Source: an uncultured Mesorhizobium sp.
GTDB lineage: Bacteria; Pseudomonadota; Alphaproteobacteria; Rhizobiales; Rhizobiaceae
Assembly (NCBI GenBank): GCA_964601795.1
Contig: CAZROU010000024.1
Coordinates: forward strand, 772-64,771
Direction: 5' to 3'
DNA: 64,000 nucleotides
Shown here one piece after another: positions 11,104 through 20,466 of this stretch. Under the pieces are notes generated by a model. The model was given only the letters and a program-made list of their open reading frames with translations, ran no database searches and was not told the origin of the DNA. The first letter of the stretch is position 1. Every line of letters starts with the position of its first letter. Both the position numbers and the translations under genes were made by a program.

Positions 11104-12236
11104 CACAGGTGCAGCCAGGACCAAGGCTGAGCGACCGGCAACGGATCGCCTGGCTCAGGCTGATCCGCACCCCCAATGTCGGTCCCGCGTCGTTTCGAGA
11201 TCTGGTCAACCGGTTCGGATCGGCGGAAAAAGCCCTTGAAATGCTGCCGGAACTGGTGGCGGCTTCCGGCTCCAAACGAACAATGCACATTCCAAGCATT
11301 GCGGACGCAGAAGCTGAGATGGACACAGCAAACCGGCATGGAGCAAGGTTTGTTTGTGTCGGCGAGCCGGACTATCCGCCGCTGCTCAAGGCGATCGACT
11401 ACCCGCCGCCTTTGCTGGCCACTATTGGCAAAGGGGAGGTTGTCCGCCTGCCTGCAATCGCCATCGTCGGCGCGCGCAACGCCTCGCTGGCCGGCATAAA
11501 GATGGCAAGAGCGCTGGCTGGCGAGATAGGGCGAGAGGGCTACAGTATCGTCTCAGGCCTTGCCCGAGGGATCGATACGGCTGCACATCAAGGGAGCTTG
11601 GCCAGCGGAACCATCGGCGTTCTGGCCGGGGGGTTGGATATGCCCTACCCGCCGGAGAACGCCGGTCTTTGCCGCGAGATTGCCGAGCGAGGCGGTGCGG
11701 TTGTATCGGAGATGCCATTCGGGTGGCAGCCACGCGCCCAGGATTTTCCGCGGCGTAACCGGCTGGTTGCCGGGATGGCTCTTGGGTTGGTTGTGATTGA
11801 GGCGGCGAAACGCTCTGGCTCGCTGATCAGCGCAAGGTTGGCTGGCGAAATGGGCCGACTGGTATTTGCCGTTCCCGGCTCACCGCTTGATCCGCGCGCC
11901 GGCGGCACCAACGGATTGCTGAAGGACGGCGCGATCCTTGTGACGGAAGCTTCGGACGTTCTGGACGCAGTGGCTCCGCTTTCCGCCCGGCCAAGATCGC
12001 CCAGTACGCCACTCGAGGAACCACCAGACCTATCTCAGGGTCCGTCTCACGGCGACGGTGAGCGCAACCTCATCATGGAAGCATTGGGACCGACCCCGGT
12101 AGAAGTCGATGAGATCATCGCACATACCGGATTGCATCCAGCGCAGGTCTCGATGGTACTTCTGGAACTCGATCTCGCCGGCCGTCTCGAACGCCACAGC
12201 GGCGGTAGCGTTTCGCTGGCATTTCCAGACATTTAA
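11100..12236 (+). CDS. dprA: DNA-processing protein DprA
   Basis: [41 protein letters not shown] start overlaps plsY stop. Confidence 0.95.
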   Translation: MTQVQPGPRLSDRQRIAWLRLIRTPNVGPASFRDLVNRFGSAEKALEMLPELVAASGSKRTMHIPSIADAEAEMDTANRHGARFVCVGEPDYPPLLKAIDYPPPLLATIGKGEVVRLPAIAIVGARNASLAGIKMARALAGEIGREGYSIVSGLARGIDTAAHQGSLASGTIGVLAGGLDMPYPPENAGLCREIAERGGAVVSEMPFGWQPRAQDFPRRNRLVAGMALGLVVIEAAKRSGSLISARLAGEMGRLVFAVPGSPLDPRAGGTNGLLKDGAILVTEASDVLDAVAPLSARPRSPSTPLEEPPDLSQGPSHGDGERNLIMEALGPTPVEVDEIIAHTGLHPAQVSMVLLELDLAGRLERHSGGSVSLAFPDI

Positions 12237-12333
12237 GCTGGATTTCGTTCTTCCGTAGCAAATCATGAGAAAGCCCCGCTTGCCTGCTGAGGCCTCAATT
12301 CTCAATCTAGGGACAACTTGTGGCTTATCTTCG

Positions 12334-12657
12334 TCAGGCAGACCTGCGTAATGCAACGATGCCGTACGCGGCAAAGGCTACTGCCGCTCCAATCGCATAT
12401 CGAAACCAAGCATAGCCATAGTCGATAACGCCGCCGCCTGCCGCGGTGTAGGCTCCTGCCACGACAAAACTGGCTACAAGCAACCCGAGGCCGAACCCCT
12501 CTCCTAAAGATAGATTGCCGCAAAGCCACGCGATCTTTGGATTGGTGATACGGCGACTTACAAAGCGCAATGCTTCGCCTGCGACTGCGCCCGCCACGCC
12601 CACCACGACGGCGGCGCCGACAATCCAAGCTAATATTTCGAAAATCTGCTCGAGCAT
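12334..12657 (-). CDS. Hypothetical small membrane protein
   Basis: 107-aa ORF with about 3 hydrophobic segments and AT-richer flanks; no recognised family. Confidence 0.5.
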   Translation of the reverse strand: MLEQIFEILAWIVGAAVVVGVAGAVAGEALRFVSRRITNPKIAWLCGNLSLGEGFGLGLLVASFVVAGAYTAAGGGVIDYGYAWFRYAIGAAVAFAAYGIVALRRSA

Positions 12658-12869
12658 TGCATTATCCGATACCGCTGGATTTTATTAGTGCCAGATATAG
12701 GCAGGCAGTCAAGCGAGGTCGCTGCTCTAAGTCTCTAATTCCAGAGAGCTCAAAAGGATACTCTGGGGTTCCAACGGCAAGACAAATAGTCTTGGATACG
12801 CGGGAATTAGGGATTGGCGATATTCCCCCTAATCCTGGCGCCGCTCTCGATCCCGCAGTTTAATGACGC

Positions 12870-13310
12870 CTAATCTGGGGCTTGGTAACCACCTCGCTCC
12901 AATGCGGCCTGCACCTCGCGCGGCATGTAGTTTTCGTCATGCTTTGCCAAAACAGTGGCAGCTTCAAAGGTGCCGTCACGCATCTGCCCTTCTGCCACCA
13001 CACCCTGTCCTTCGCGAAAAAGGTCCGGCAAGATGCCGTGATAAGAAACGGGCAACGACTCCGTCCCGTCCGTGACGCGGAAGGCGACCTGCAAGCCGTC
13101 TGCCGATCGGGTAATCGAACCTTCCTCAACCATGCCGCCCAGTCTGATCTGCATTCCTTCCGCAACCGCGCCGGTGGCGATTTCAGTCGGAGAGCGGAAA
13201 AAAACGATGTCATCACGAAGCGCGCTTAGCACCAGCGTCGCCGAAACACCAAGCACCAAGCCAGCCGCACCGAGGATCAGAAGGCGCTTCGATTTCCTGC
13301 TACGAGCCAA
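12870..13310 (-). CDS. ccmE: Cytochrome c maturation heme chaperone CcmE
   Basis: IRLGGMV, GILPDLFREGQGVV, LAKHDENYMP (HxxxY heme-binding motif). Confidence 0.96.
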   Translation of the reverse strand: MARSRKSKRLLILGAAGLVLGVSATLVLSALRDDIVFFRSPTEIATGAVAEGMQIRLGGMVEEGSITRSADGLQVAFRVTDGTESLPVSYHGILPDLFREGQGVVAEGQMRDGTFEAATVLAKHDENYMPREVQAALERGGYQAPD

Positions 13311-13311
13311 A

Positions 13312-14601
13312 TCAACTCACCTTTCTCGCAAACGGGAGTTGCAAGTCCCGCCAGACATCGGCCAGACCCGACACGAGGTCGTCGATCATCTGATCGGTGT
13401 GGAAGGGTGACGTCGTGATTCGCAGGCGCTCGCTGCCACATGGCACCGTCGGGTAGTTGATCGGCTGGACGTAGATCGAATGTCGATCGAACAATAGATC
13501 GCAGACGGTCTTGCAACGGGCGGCATCTCCGACGATCACCGGCACAATGTGGCTTTGCGCGTCGAGTATCGGGATGCGCTCCTCGCGCAGGCGCGCGCGC
13601 AGTTTACGCACGTTGGCGTGCATCTTTTCGCGTTCAGCATCGCTGGCCCGCAGGTGCCGGATGCTTGCCGCTGCGCCTGCTGCAACCGCCGGCGGCAGCG
13701 CGGAGGTGAAGATGAAGCCGTTCGCATGGCTGCGGATGGCATCGATCACAACGGCCGAACCAGCAACATAACCGCCGACGACACCAAAGGCCTTGGCAAG
13801 CGTGCCCTGAACAAGATCAATGCGGTGGGCCAGCCCGTCGCGTTCGGCCACACCCGCCCCTGTCGGGCCATACATGCCTACGGCATGGACCTCGTCGAGA
13901 TAGGTCATGGCGCCATAACGCTGGCATAGGTCCACGATTTCGCGGATCGGTGCGATGTCTCCATCCATCGAATAGACGGATTCGAAGGCGACCACCTTGC
14001 AGCGATGCTTGGGAATGGAGCGCAGGATTTCCTCCAGATGCAGCATGTCGTTGTGCTGGAAGACGCGCTTCTCGGCACGGCTGGCGCTGATACCCTGGAT
14101 CATGGAAGCATGGTTGAGTTGGTCGGATATAAGGATGCAGTTGGGCAGGAGACGGCCCAAAGCCGCCAGCGTCGAGAGATTGGCGAGATAGCCGCAGCCG
14201 AATACGAGAGCGGCCTCCTTGCCGTGGAGCGCCGCAAGCTCATTTTCCAGTTCGATGATAGGCGAGTGGTTTCCAGAAATGTTGCGGGTGCCACCGGCCC
14301 CTGCCCCATAGACGTCTACAGCATCATGCATGGCGGCGCGCACGGCAGGATGCTGGCCCATGCCGAGATAGTCGTTCGAGCACCAGACGGTGACGACGCG
14401 CTCGCCCTCGGCAGTCACGGCGACCGACAGGGGAAATTCGCCGACGATGCGCCGGTGCTCCTGAAAGACCCGGTAGCGACCTTCCTGCTTCAATTCCAGC
14501 AACGACATATGGAGCAGTCCATCATAGTCAGGACCAACGCCCCATGAAGCGTATGCGGGCCGGTCATCTCTTACGGGCGTCTCGCCTAAGCGACGTTCCA
14601 T
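13312..14601 (-). CDS. hemA: 5-aminolevulinate synthase (ALAS, PLP-dependent)
   Basis: [51 protein letters not shown]; start 14601 follows AGGAG (alternative 14628). Confidence 0.93.
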   Translation of the reverse strand: MERRLGETPVRDDRPAYASWGVGPDYDGLLHMSLLELKQEGRYRVFQEHRRIVGEFPLSVAVTAEGERVVTVWCSNDYLGMGQHPAVRAAMHDAVDVYGAGAGGTRNISGNHSPIIELENELAALHGKEAALVFGCGYLANLSTLAALGRLLPNCILISDQLNHASMIQGISASRAEKRVFQHNDMLHLEEILRSIPKHRCKVVAFESVYSMDGDIAPIREIVDLCQRYGAMTYLDEVHAVGMYGPTGAGVAERDGLAHRIDLVQGTLAKAFGVVGGYVAGSAVVIDAIRSHANGFIFTSALPPAVAAGAAASIRHLRASDAEREKMHANVRKLRARLREERIPILDAQSHIVPVIVGDAARCKTVCDLLFDRHSIYVQPINYPTVPCGSERLRITTSPFHTDQMIDDLVSGLADVWRDLQLPFARKVS

Positions 14602-14730
14602 ATCCTTGCTCCTAGGTCGTGAACTCATAAATCTGGTCGAAATGGTGTGAGGCCATCTGTTCGGATACGCGGAGAAAGAGCGCAGGAAATGTCATTCATT
14701 TTCAAGCTCTTTCGACAAAATAGCCGGGCA

Positions 14731-14804
14731 GATGGACCACATCCGAAGGACGCCGGAACGGCTGCAAGCTGCCGCGTCGAACCGCTCGGCCGATGGTCCA
14801 CATC
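14731..14804. promoter_or_regulatory. 13-bp near-perfect direct repeat GATGG(A/T)CCACATC upstream of hemA; candidate regulator sites
   Basis: GATGGACCACATC at 14731-14743 and GATGGTCCACATC at 14792-14804, 61 bp apart, in the ccmI-hemA gap. Confidence 0.5.
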
Positions 14805-14876
14805 GCCCTTCGCGCTTCTCCTTGCATCTTTTTGCCGTTCCAGGCGCCATTTCGATCACATTTATGAGTCCACGAC

Positions 14877-15839
14877 CTAGTTCTGCGGCTGGGCCTGGTC
14901 GTGCTGGGGAATATCGATGCGGGCAAGAAGCGTGCGGACCGCTTCCGCCGCCTGCGGGTTGTCGGCAACCATGGGCTCCAACGCGCGCAACTCCTTTCGG
15001 GCGACGTCGAGTTGGCCTTTCCGGATCAAGAACAGGCTGTGATACCAGCGTGCCTCGGCGAGGTTCGGTTGCGCGGCCAGAAGATCGGACAGCATCTTTT
15101 CGGCGCGGTCGAGGTGAGCCTGGTCGGTGCCTGCCAATGCGGCATCGACAAATGCGAGCCTGACTTGAGGGTCTTCGGGGAATTTTGCTGCCGCCTTGTC
15201 GAGCAGCGCTTCGCTTTCGGCCTCGCGGCCCAGAACGCGGTAGCTGCGCAACAGCATCGCGACATCATCGGGCGAATAGTCATCGCTTGCGATGCGCCCT
15301 TCCAGCCGCGCCACCATTGCACCGATGTCAGGCACGCCATCGGCGCCCATCGGCATTCCGGCAGGCACGCCCGCGGCATCGCCCGCGTCGGCCACAGGCG
15401 GCGTGTCGCCGTGCGGCGAACGCGTCATGTCGATATCGCTCATCGAGGCAAAGCTATGGACGCCGTAGGCTGCTGCGACGACAAACCCGACGATCAGCGC
15501 AACTGTCCACCAGCGCTCGCTGCGTGGCGTTGACGGATAGGTCGGTGTCAAGGCGCCGCGCACCTCCCGCAGTCGCGAAAGCGCGTGCTCAGCTTCGCCG
15601 GCAAGCCGGGTTGCGATCGAAGAATGCTGCGCAGTATCGACGCGCCCTTCGGCAAGCGCCAGATCGTTGTCGCGTAGCTGGCCCGTCAGCCGGTCCTTTT
15701 CCTCCTGCCAGCGCCGCACAGGGCTGGCGTCCTCCAAGCCTGTGCCGAGCGGAAGACTGGCGCCCTTGCGCAACAACGGACTAACGATGATGACCACGGC
15801 AGCAGCGCAAAGCAGGAATGCGATCAGCGATGTGGTCAT
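14877..15839 (-). CDS. ccmI: CcmI/CycH-like TPR cytochrome c maturation protein
   Basis: N-terminal TM, coiled segment, second TM, MVARLEGRI and TPR-like C-terminus; position in ccm cluster. Confidence 0.75.
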   Translation of the reverse strand: MTTSLIAFLLCAAAVVIIVSPLLRKGASLPLGTGLEDASPVRRWQEEKDRLTGQLRDNDLALAEGRVDTAQHSSIATRLAGEAEHALSRLREVRGALTPTYPSTPRSERWWTVALIVGFVVAAAYGVHSFASMSDIDMTRSPHGDTPPVADAGDAAGVPAGMPMGADGVPDIGAMVARLEGRIASDDYSPDDVAMLLRSYRVLGREAESEALLDKAAAKFPEDPQVRLAFVDAALAGTDQAHLDRAEKMLSDLLAAQPNLAEARWYHSLFLIRKGQLDVARKELRALEPMVADNPQAAEAVRTLLARIDIPQHDQAQPQN

Positions 15840-16294
15840 AGTTCCAGTCTCCGCAGTTGTTGTTCGTTTAGCGGTTCAAGGGTGTTGGCTTCCTCGTGCG
15901 CGTGCGTAGCCCTATCGGCGCTGCGGCGCACGAGAAGCAGATAGGCCGCCCCGGCCAGCAGAAGCAGCACCGGCGGCACTGTCCAGATGATGCCGCCAAA
16001 GCCGGCAACGGGCGGCGACAGAAGCACGTAGTCACCGTAGCGGCTTCGGAAATACTCGACGATCTCGCCTTCGGTACGCCCCTGCGCAAGCTGTTCGCGC
16101 AACATGACGATCATTTCGCGCGCCGTTCCCGATTGCGAATCGAGGATGTTCTCGCTTTGACAGACCGGGCATCGCAGCTTGGCGCCGATGTCGCGCACTT
16201 GCGTTTCCACCGGGGACTCCGTCTGGAACGGCGCTGCCACTGCCGATATCGTCATGGCAAGAGCGAAAGCGAGAGCCGCCGCATATCGCCTCAT
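15836..16294 (-). CDS. ccmH: CcmH/CycL cytochrome c maturation protein
   Basis: LRCPVCQSENI...YFRSRYGDYVLLSPP. Confidence 0.93.
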   Translation of the reverse strand: MRRYAAALAFALAMTISAVAAPFQTESPVETQVRDIGAKLRCPVCQSENILDSQSGTAREMIVMLREQLAQGRTEGEIVEYFRSRYGDYVLLSPPVAGFGGIIWTVPPVLLLLAGAAYLLLVRRSADRATHAHEEANTLEPLNEQQLRRLEL

Positions 16295-16851
16295 CGCACC
16301 GCTCCGATCAGCTTCAAGTTCTGTTCGATCGCCTGTGGCGTCAAAGGTCCAACCTGACGCGCCTGTACGACCCCTTCTGCATCGACAAAGAAGGTTTCAG
16401 GCATGCCGTAGACACCGAAATCGATGCCAAGCCGCCCACGCTTGTCCTGCCCTGACGGATAAGGAAAATGCCCTTGGCGGTCGAGGAACTGTGCTGCTGC
16501 GACCGGGCTGTCACGATAGTTGATGCCGACGATATCGAACTCGTCAAACAGGTCCGCGCGGTCGCCAAGCGGGACCAGCAGCGGATGCTCCTCGCGGCAG
16601 GACACGCACCACGACGCCCAGAAATTGATGACCAGCGGCTTTCCAAGCAGCTTTTCGGACGCCACCTGTTCGCTGCCGTTCAGCGGTTCCAGGGAAAAGG
16701 TTGGAAGCGAGCGCCCCACAATCATTGACGGGATAAAGGACGGGTCCTTGGTAAGCCCGATGCCAAGCAGCAACGGAATGACGACCACGGCAGCGCCGAG
16801 CAGCCATTTCCAGCGCGGTATGGGACGCTTTTGTGAAGCGAGCATCGTCAT
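16291..16851 (-). CDS. ccmG: CcmG/DsbE thiol:disulfide oxidoreductase
   Basis: INFWASWCVSCREEH, FGVYGMPETF. Confidence 0.93.
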   Translation of the reverse strand: MTMLASQKRPIPRWKWLLGAAVVVIPLLLGIGLTKDPSFIPSMIVGRSLPTFSLEPLNGSEQVASEKLLGKPLVINFWASWCVSCREEHPLLVPLGDRADLFDEFDIVGINYRDSPVAAAQFLDRQGHFPYPSGQDKRGRLGIDFGVYGMPETFFVDAEGVVQARQVGPLTPQAIEQNLKLIGAVR

Positions 16852-18857
16852 TCGGCCGGCACTCCCCTTGCCGGCGGAGCAGCCGCCGGTGCCGAGCGCT
16901 CGGCCCTGCGCCTGCTCGTACCGGACAGCGACAGAAGCGAACCGCAGGCAACGATCACCCAGCCGGCCCAGATCCAGTTCACCAGCGGATTCCAGTAACC
17001 GCGTATGGTCACTCCACCCTGCTGCGTCTCTTCACCGATGATCATGTAAAGGTCGCCGCTGAAAGAAGAGCGGATGGCGATCTCGGTCGTTGCCATTGAA
17101 CGCACGGTGTAGAAGCGCTTTTCCGGCTGCATCTCGTAAAGCGGCTTGCCGTCACGCGCGACACTCAAGATGGCCGCGCGGCCCTGGTAGTTGGAGCCGC
17201 TGGCGTCCGACACTTCGCGCAACGTGATGACATTGCCTGCGAGTTCAAAGCTGTCACCGGGCTTCAGCGAAACCGTTACCGCCGTCTGGAACAGACCGGA
17301 GGCGATCATGCCAGCCCCGATGAGGGCGATGCCGAGATGGACTATGAGACCGCCGAAACGCTGGCGCCCAAGCGAAAGAACGTTGCGCGCAGCCCGCGGC
17401 CAGGATTCGCCGGTAACGCGGCGGCGCGCATATATTCCGGTACCGATGTCGGCCAGCGTCGCCGAGAAGGCGAAGGCCACTGCCGCGATGGCGCTCAGTG
17501 TCAGCAGATCGCGCACGCCAGCAATCAGCGCAATACCGACGGCCAACGATCCACCGACAAGCGGCTTGCGCAACATTGCCGACAGACGCCGCGCATCGAC
17601 CTTGCGCCAAGGGATCGACGGACCGATGCCGAGCAGGAAGACCACCGCCAGCATCAAAGGCACGACGACCTTGTTGAAGTAAGGTGCGCCGACGCTCAAC
17701 CGCTCGCCCGATACCGCCTCGACGAACAGCGGATAAAGCGTGCCTAGAAAAACGGTTGCTGCCGCAAAAAGCAGCAGCACATTGTTGGCGAGGATCGCGC
17801 TTTCACGCGAATACGGGCTTTCGACCAGCGCATCCGACAACAGCCGGTCGGAGCGGAACAGGATAAGCCCGTAGCCGAATACCATCGTCACCGTGAGGAA
17901 GCCCAGCATGTAGGCCCCTCGCCCCGGGTCAACCGCAAAGGCATGGACGGAAGTCAGAACGCCGGAACGGACTAGGAAAGTGCCGATAAGGGTGAGCAGG
18001 AATGTCGTTACAACAAGGAAGACGTTCCAGGTGCGGAACAGGCCGCGCTTGTCCTGCGCCATCATCGAATGCAGCAGCGCCGTACCCGTCAGCCACGGCA
18101 TCAGCGAGGCATTCTCTACCGGGTCCCAGGCCCAATAACCGCCCCAGCCCAGCTCATAATAGGCCCAGAAGCCACCCATCAGGATGCCGCTGGTTAGCAT
18201 CGTCCAGGCGAACAGCGTCCAGCGCCGCACGGCACGAACCCATTCGGCGCCGGAATGTGTGCGGATCAGCGAAGCGACAGCAAAAGCGAACGGAACGGCA
18301 AAGCCGACATAGCCGAGATAAAGCACCGGCGGATGGAAGACGAGCCCAGGATCCTGCAGCAGCGGATTGAGGTCCTGACCGTCGGGAAGCGCCGGCGTCA
18401 TGGTCAGGAACGGATTGGACAGGAAAACAATGAACGCAAGGAAGCCGAACTGGATCGCGCCCAGCGTGGCGATGATCCACGGCATCGACAGCGGATGATC
18501 TTTCCAGTGCACCTTCACCGCAATCGCCGACAGCAGCACCAGATAGAACAGCCACAGCATCAGCGAGCCTTCATGCGCGCCCCACATGGCCGTCAGGCGG
18601 TAGATCATCGGCAATTGCGAATTGCTGTTCTGCGCCACGTAGGCGACCGAATAGTCGAGCGTGGCGAACGACCAGATAAGCGTCGCGCATCCGAAAGCGA
18701 CCAGCACCAGATTGGCGAAAAGCGCATTGCGCGCTGCACGCAACCAGGCCGGCGAGGAGCGCAGGGACGCCAACGTTGCTCCAGCGACCGCCGCCACGCT
18801 GAGCACGAGCGCAAGCGAGGTTGCAAGCTGGCCAAGCTTGATAAGGGACTCAACCAT
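16848..18857 (-). CDS. ccmF: Heme lyase CcmF/NrfE family
   Basis: WGAHEGS, LNPLLQ, HPPVLYLGY, WGGYWAWDPVENAS (WWD domain), SVHAFA; start 18857 overlaps the regulator stop. Confidence 0.95.
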   Translation of the reverse strand: MVESLIKLGQLATSLALVLSVAAVAGATLASLRSSPAWLRAARNALFANLVLVAFGCATLIWSFATLDYSVAYVAQNSNSQLPMIYRLTAMWGAHEGSLMLWLFYLVLLSAIAVKVHWKDHPLSMPWIIATLGAIQFGFLAFIVFLSNPFLTMTPALPDGQDLNPLLQDPGLVFHPPVLYLGYVGFAVPFAFAVASLIRTHSGAEWVRAVRRWTLFAWTMLTSGILMGGFWAYYELGWGGYWAWDPVENASLMPWLTGTALLHSMMAQDKRGLFRTWNVFLVVTTFLLTLIGTFLVRSGVLTSVHAFAVDPGRGAYMLGFLTVTMVFGYGLILFRSDRLLSDALVESPYSRESAILANNVLLLFAAATVFLGTLYPLFVEAVSGERLSVGAPYFNKVVVPLMLAVVFLLGIGPSIPWRKVDARRLSAMLRKPLVGGSLAVGIALIAGVRDLLTLSAIAAVAFAFSATLADIGTGIYARRRVTGESWPRAARNVLSLGRQRFGGLIVHLGIALIGAGMIASGLFQTAVTVSLKPGDSFELAGNVITLREVSDASGSNYQGRAAILSVARDGKPLYEMQPEKRFYTVRSMATTEIAIRSSFSGDLYMIIGEETQQGGVTIRGYWNPLVNWIWAGWVIVACGSLLSLSGTSRRRAERSAPAAAPPARGVPAE

Positions 18858-20352
18858 CCGCCGCTCCCCTGCCGCCAACTGCCACGATATCCGCGATGCG
18901 GGCAGTCGCGATCCTGATGCTCTTTTCTGAAAGGGCTGCATAACCAAACAGCAGCGTATCTTTCGCACGGGGGTTGTCCGGGGTGATGAACGCACCTCCG
19001 GAACCCGGCACGTAGATGCCAACCCCGCGCTCTGCGGCGCGCCGCTCTATGTCGCGCGTGTCCCCGAAGCGCGATGGCAAACGTAGCGACAGGTGCATGC
19101 CGCCGCGCATACCCTTGAACTCGCACCCTTCGAAAGTCGGCATCAACGTTTCGACCAGTACGTCGCGGCGCGCTTTATAGATCGCGCGGATGCGCCTCAA
19201 ATGGCGCATGAAGCCACCGCTGTTCATGAACTCGGCCATCGCCGATTGCTCAAGCCAGGGATTGCCGTTGCTGGTCAGGGATTTCCATTCGCGCAACGCG
19301 CGCGCCAGCGCCGGCGGCGCCACGATGAAGCCCAGTCTCAAGCCCGCCGCCAGCGACTTCGAGAATGTACCGAGATAAAGCACCCGCCCTCGGCAATCGA
19401 GCCCGCGCAGCGCCGTCAGCGGCGCGCCTTCATAGCGGAAGTCGCCGTCGTAATCGTCTTCGATCACATAACTGTCGGTGCGCGCCGCCCATTCGAGCAA
19501 AGCCAGGCGCCGTTCCAGTGACAGCGTCACGCCAAGCGGATATTGGTGCGACGGGGTGACATAGAGCAGGTTGCGCCTGGTTTCAGGCAATCGCGAAACA
19601 TCGATGCCGTCCTGATCGACAGGAACGGGAACCGGTTTGAAGCCGCAGCTTTCGAACAGGAAGCGGGAGCCTTGATAACAAGGGTCTTCGTGGACGAAGT
19701 ATTTCGCGTAGCCGCTCAGGGTGCGGGCTATGAGATCCAGCCCGTCCTGTGAACCGTTGACCACGACGATATCATCGGGCTTCGCCGCAACCCCGCGCGA
19801 CGGACCGATGTGGTCGGCAATGCCTTGCCTGAGCTCGGGCAGGCCCTGCGGGTCCTGGTACTCGGCGAACCGCGCCCCGCCATAGCGCACCTTGGCGTCG
19901 AGTATCCTGCGCCACTCGTTGACGGGAAAGGTCGAGGCGTCGACGCGCCCGATCCAGAAATCATGCTCGAACCTGCCACGGTTCGGGCTGATGACCGTCT
20001 GGGCCCTCACCCGGCTCGACAGCGGGTGGATGTCGCCATTGTTGTCGTTAGCCTGAAATTCTTCGCCGCCTGAGCCACGCAGCGTGATCGACATGCCATT
20101 TTCCGGCAGGCTCGAACTGACAAAGGTGCCTACATTGGGACGGCTTTCGATATAACCTTCGCTCAGCAACTGTTCGTAAGCGAGCATGACTGTATTGCGC
20201 GACACGCCGAGCTGTTCGCTCAACGCGCGTGATGCCGGTACCGGATCCCCGCTTCGCAGCTTGTTTTCCAGGATCAGTCCCCTGATCTGATCAAACAATT
20301 GACGCTGCAACGTGCGGGAATCACTCGGATTGATCGTCAATACGACCTGCAT
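18850..20352 (-). CDS. MocR/GabR family PLP-dependent transcriptional regulator
   Basis: GntR wHTH (PASRALSEQLGVSRNTV) plus aminotransferase-like domain (YVTPSHQYPLG, IEDDYD, GTFSKSL with PLP Lys). Confidence 0.95.
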   Translation of the reverse strand: MQVVLTINPSDSRTLQRQLFDQIRGLILENKLRSGDPVPASRALSEQLGVSRNTVMLAYEQLLSEGYIESRPNVGTFVSSSLPENGMSITLRGSGGEEFQANDNNGDIHPLSSRVRAQTVISPNRGRFEHDFWIGRVDASTFPVNEWRRILDAKVRYGGARFAEYQDPQGLPELRQGIADHIGPSRGVAAKPDDIVVVNGSQDGLDLIARTLSGYAKYFVHEDPCYQGSRFLFESCGFKPVPVPVDQDGIDVSRLPETRRNLLYVTPSHQYPLGVTLSLERRLALLEWAARTDSYVIEDDYDGDFRYEGAPLTALRGLDCRGRVLYLGTFSKSLAAGLRLGFIVAPPALARALREWKSLTSNGNPWLEQSAMAEFMNSGGFMRHLRRIRAIYKARRDVLVETLMPTFEGCEFKGMRGGMHLSLRLPSRFGDTRDIERRAAERGVGIYVPGSGGAFITPDNPRAKDTLLFGYAALSEKSIRIATARIADIVAVGGRGAADG

Positions 20353-20398
20353 CGCGAGCCCTCCCTGGTCTCATAGGCTAGCTGAAATTCCAGCAGTG

Positions 20399-20409
20399 CA
20401 TGGTACCAC
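20399..20409. promoter_or_regulatory. CATGGTACCAC (palindromic TGGTACCA core) upstream of the MocR gene
   Basis: Matches CATGGAACCAC upstream of haoA at 10 of 11 positions. Confidence 0.4.
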
Positions 20410-20466
20410 AGGAGAAAAATTTACTGATGCCGGTTGAGTCCGGTTCAGGTCTTGCGGGCCAAGGCA

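Noticed and set aside
12271..12720. Imperfect inverted similarity flanking the orphan ORF (CGCTTGCCTGC versus GCAGGCAGTCAAGCG) as possible IS or MITE ends
   Set aside because: Needs gaps to align; no target duplication or transposase.
12237..12870. Search for an att copy of the tRNA-Lys 3' end
   Set aside because: No TGGTGAGCCGG-like sequence found by eye.
14702..14968. Possible small CDS in the ccmI-hemA gap
   Set aside because: Overlaps ccmI, has no clear RBS or family features; the gap is better explained as regulatory.
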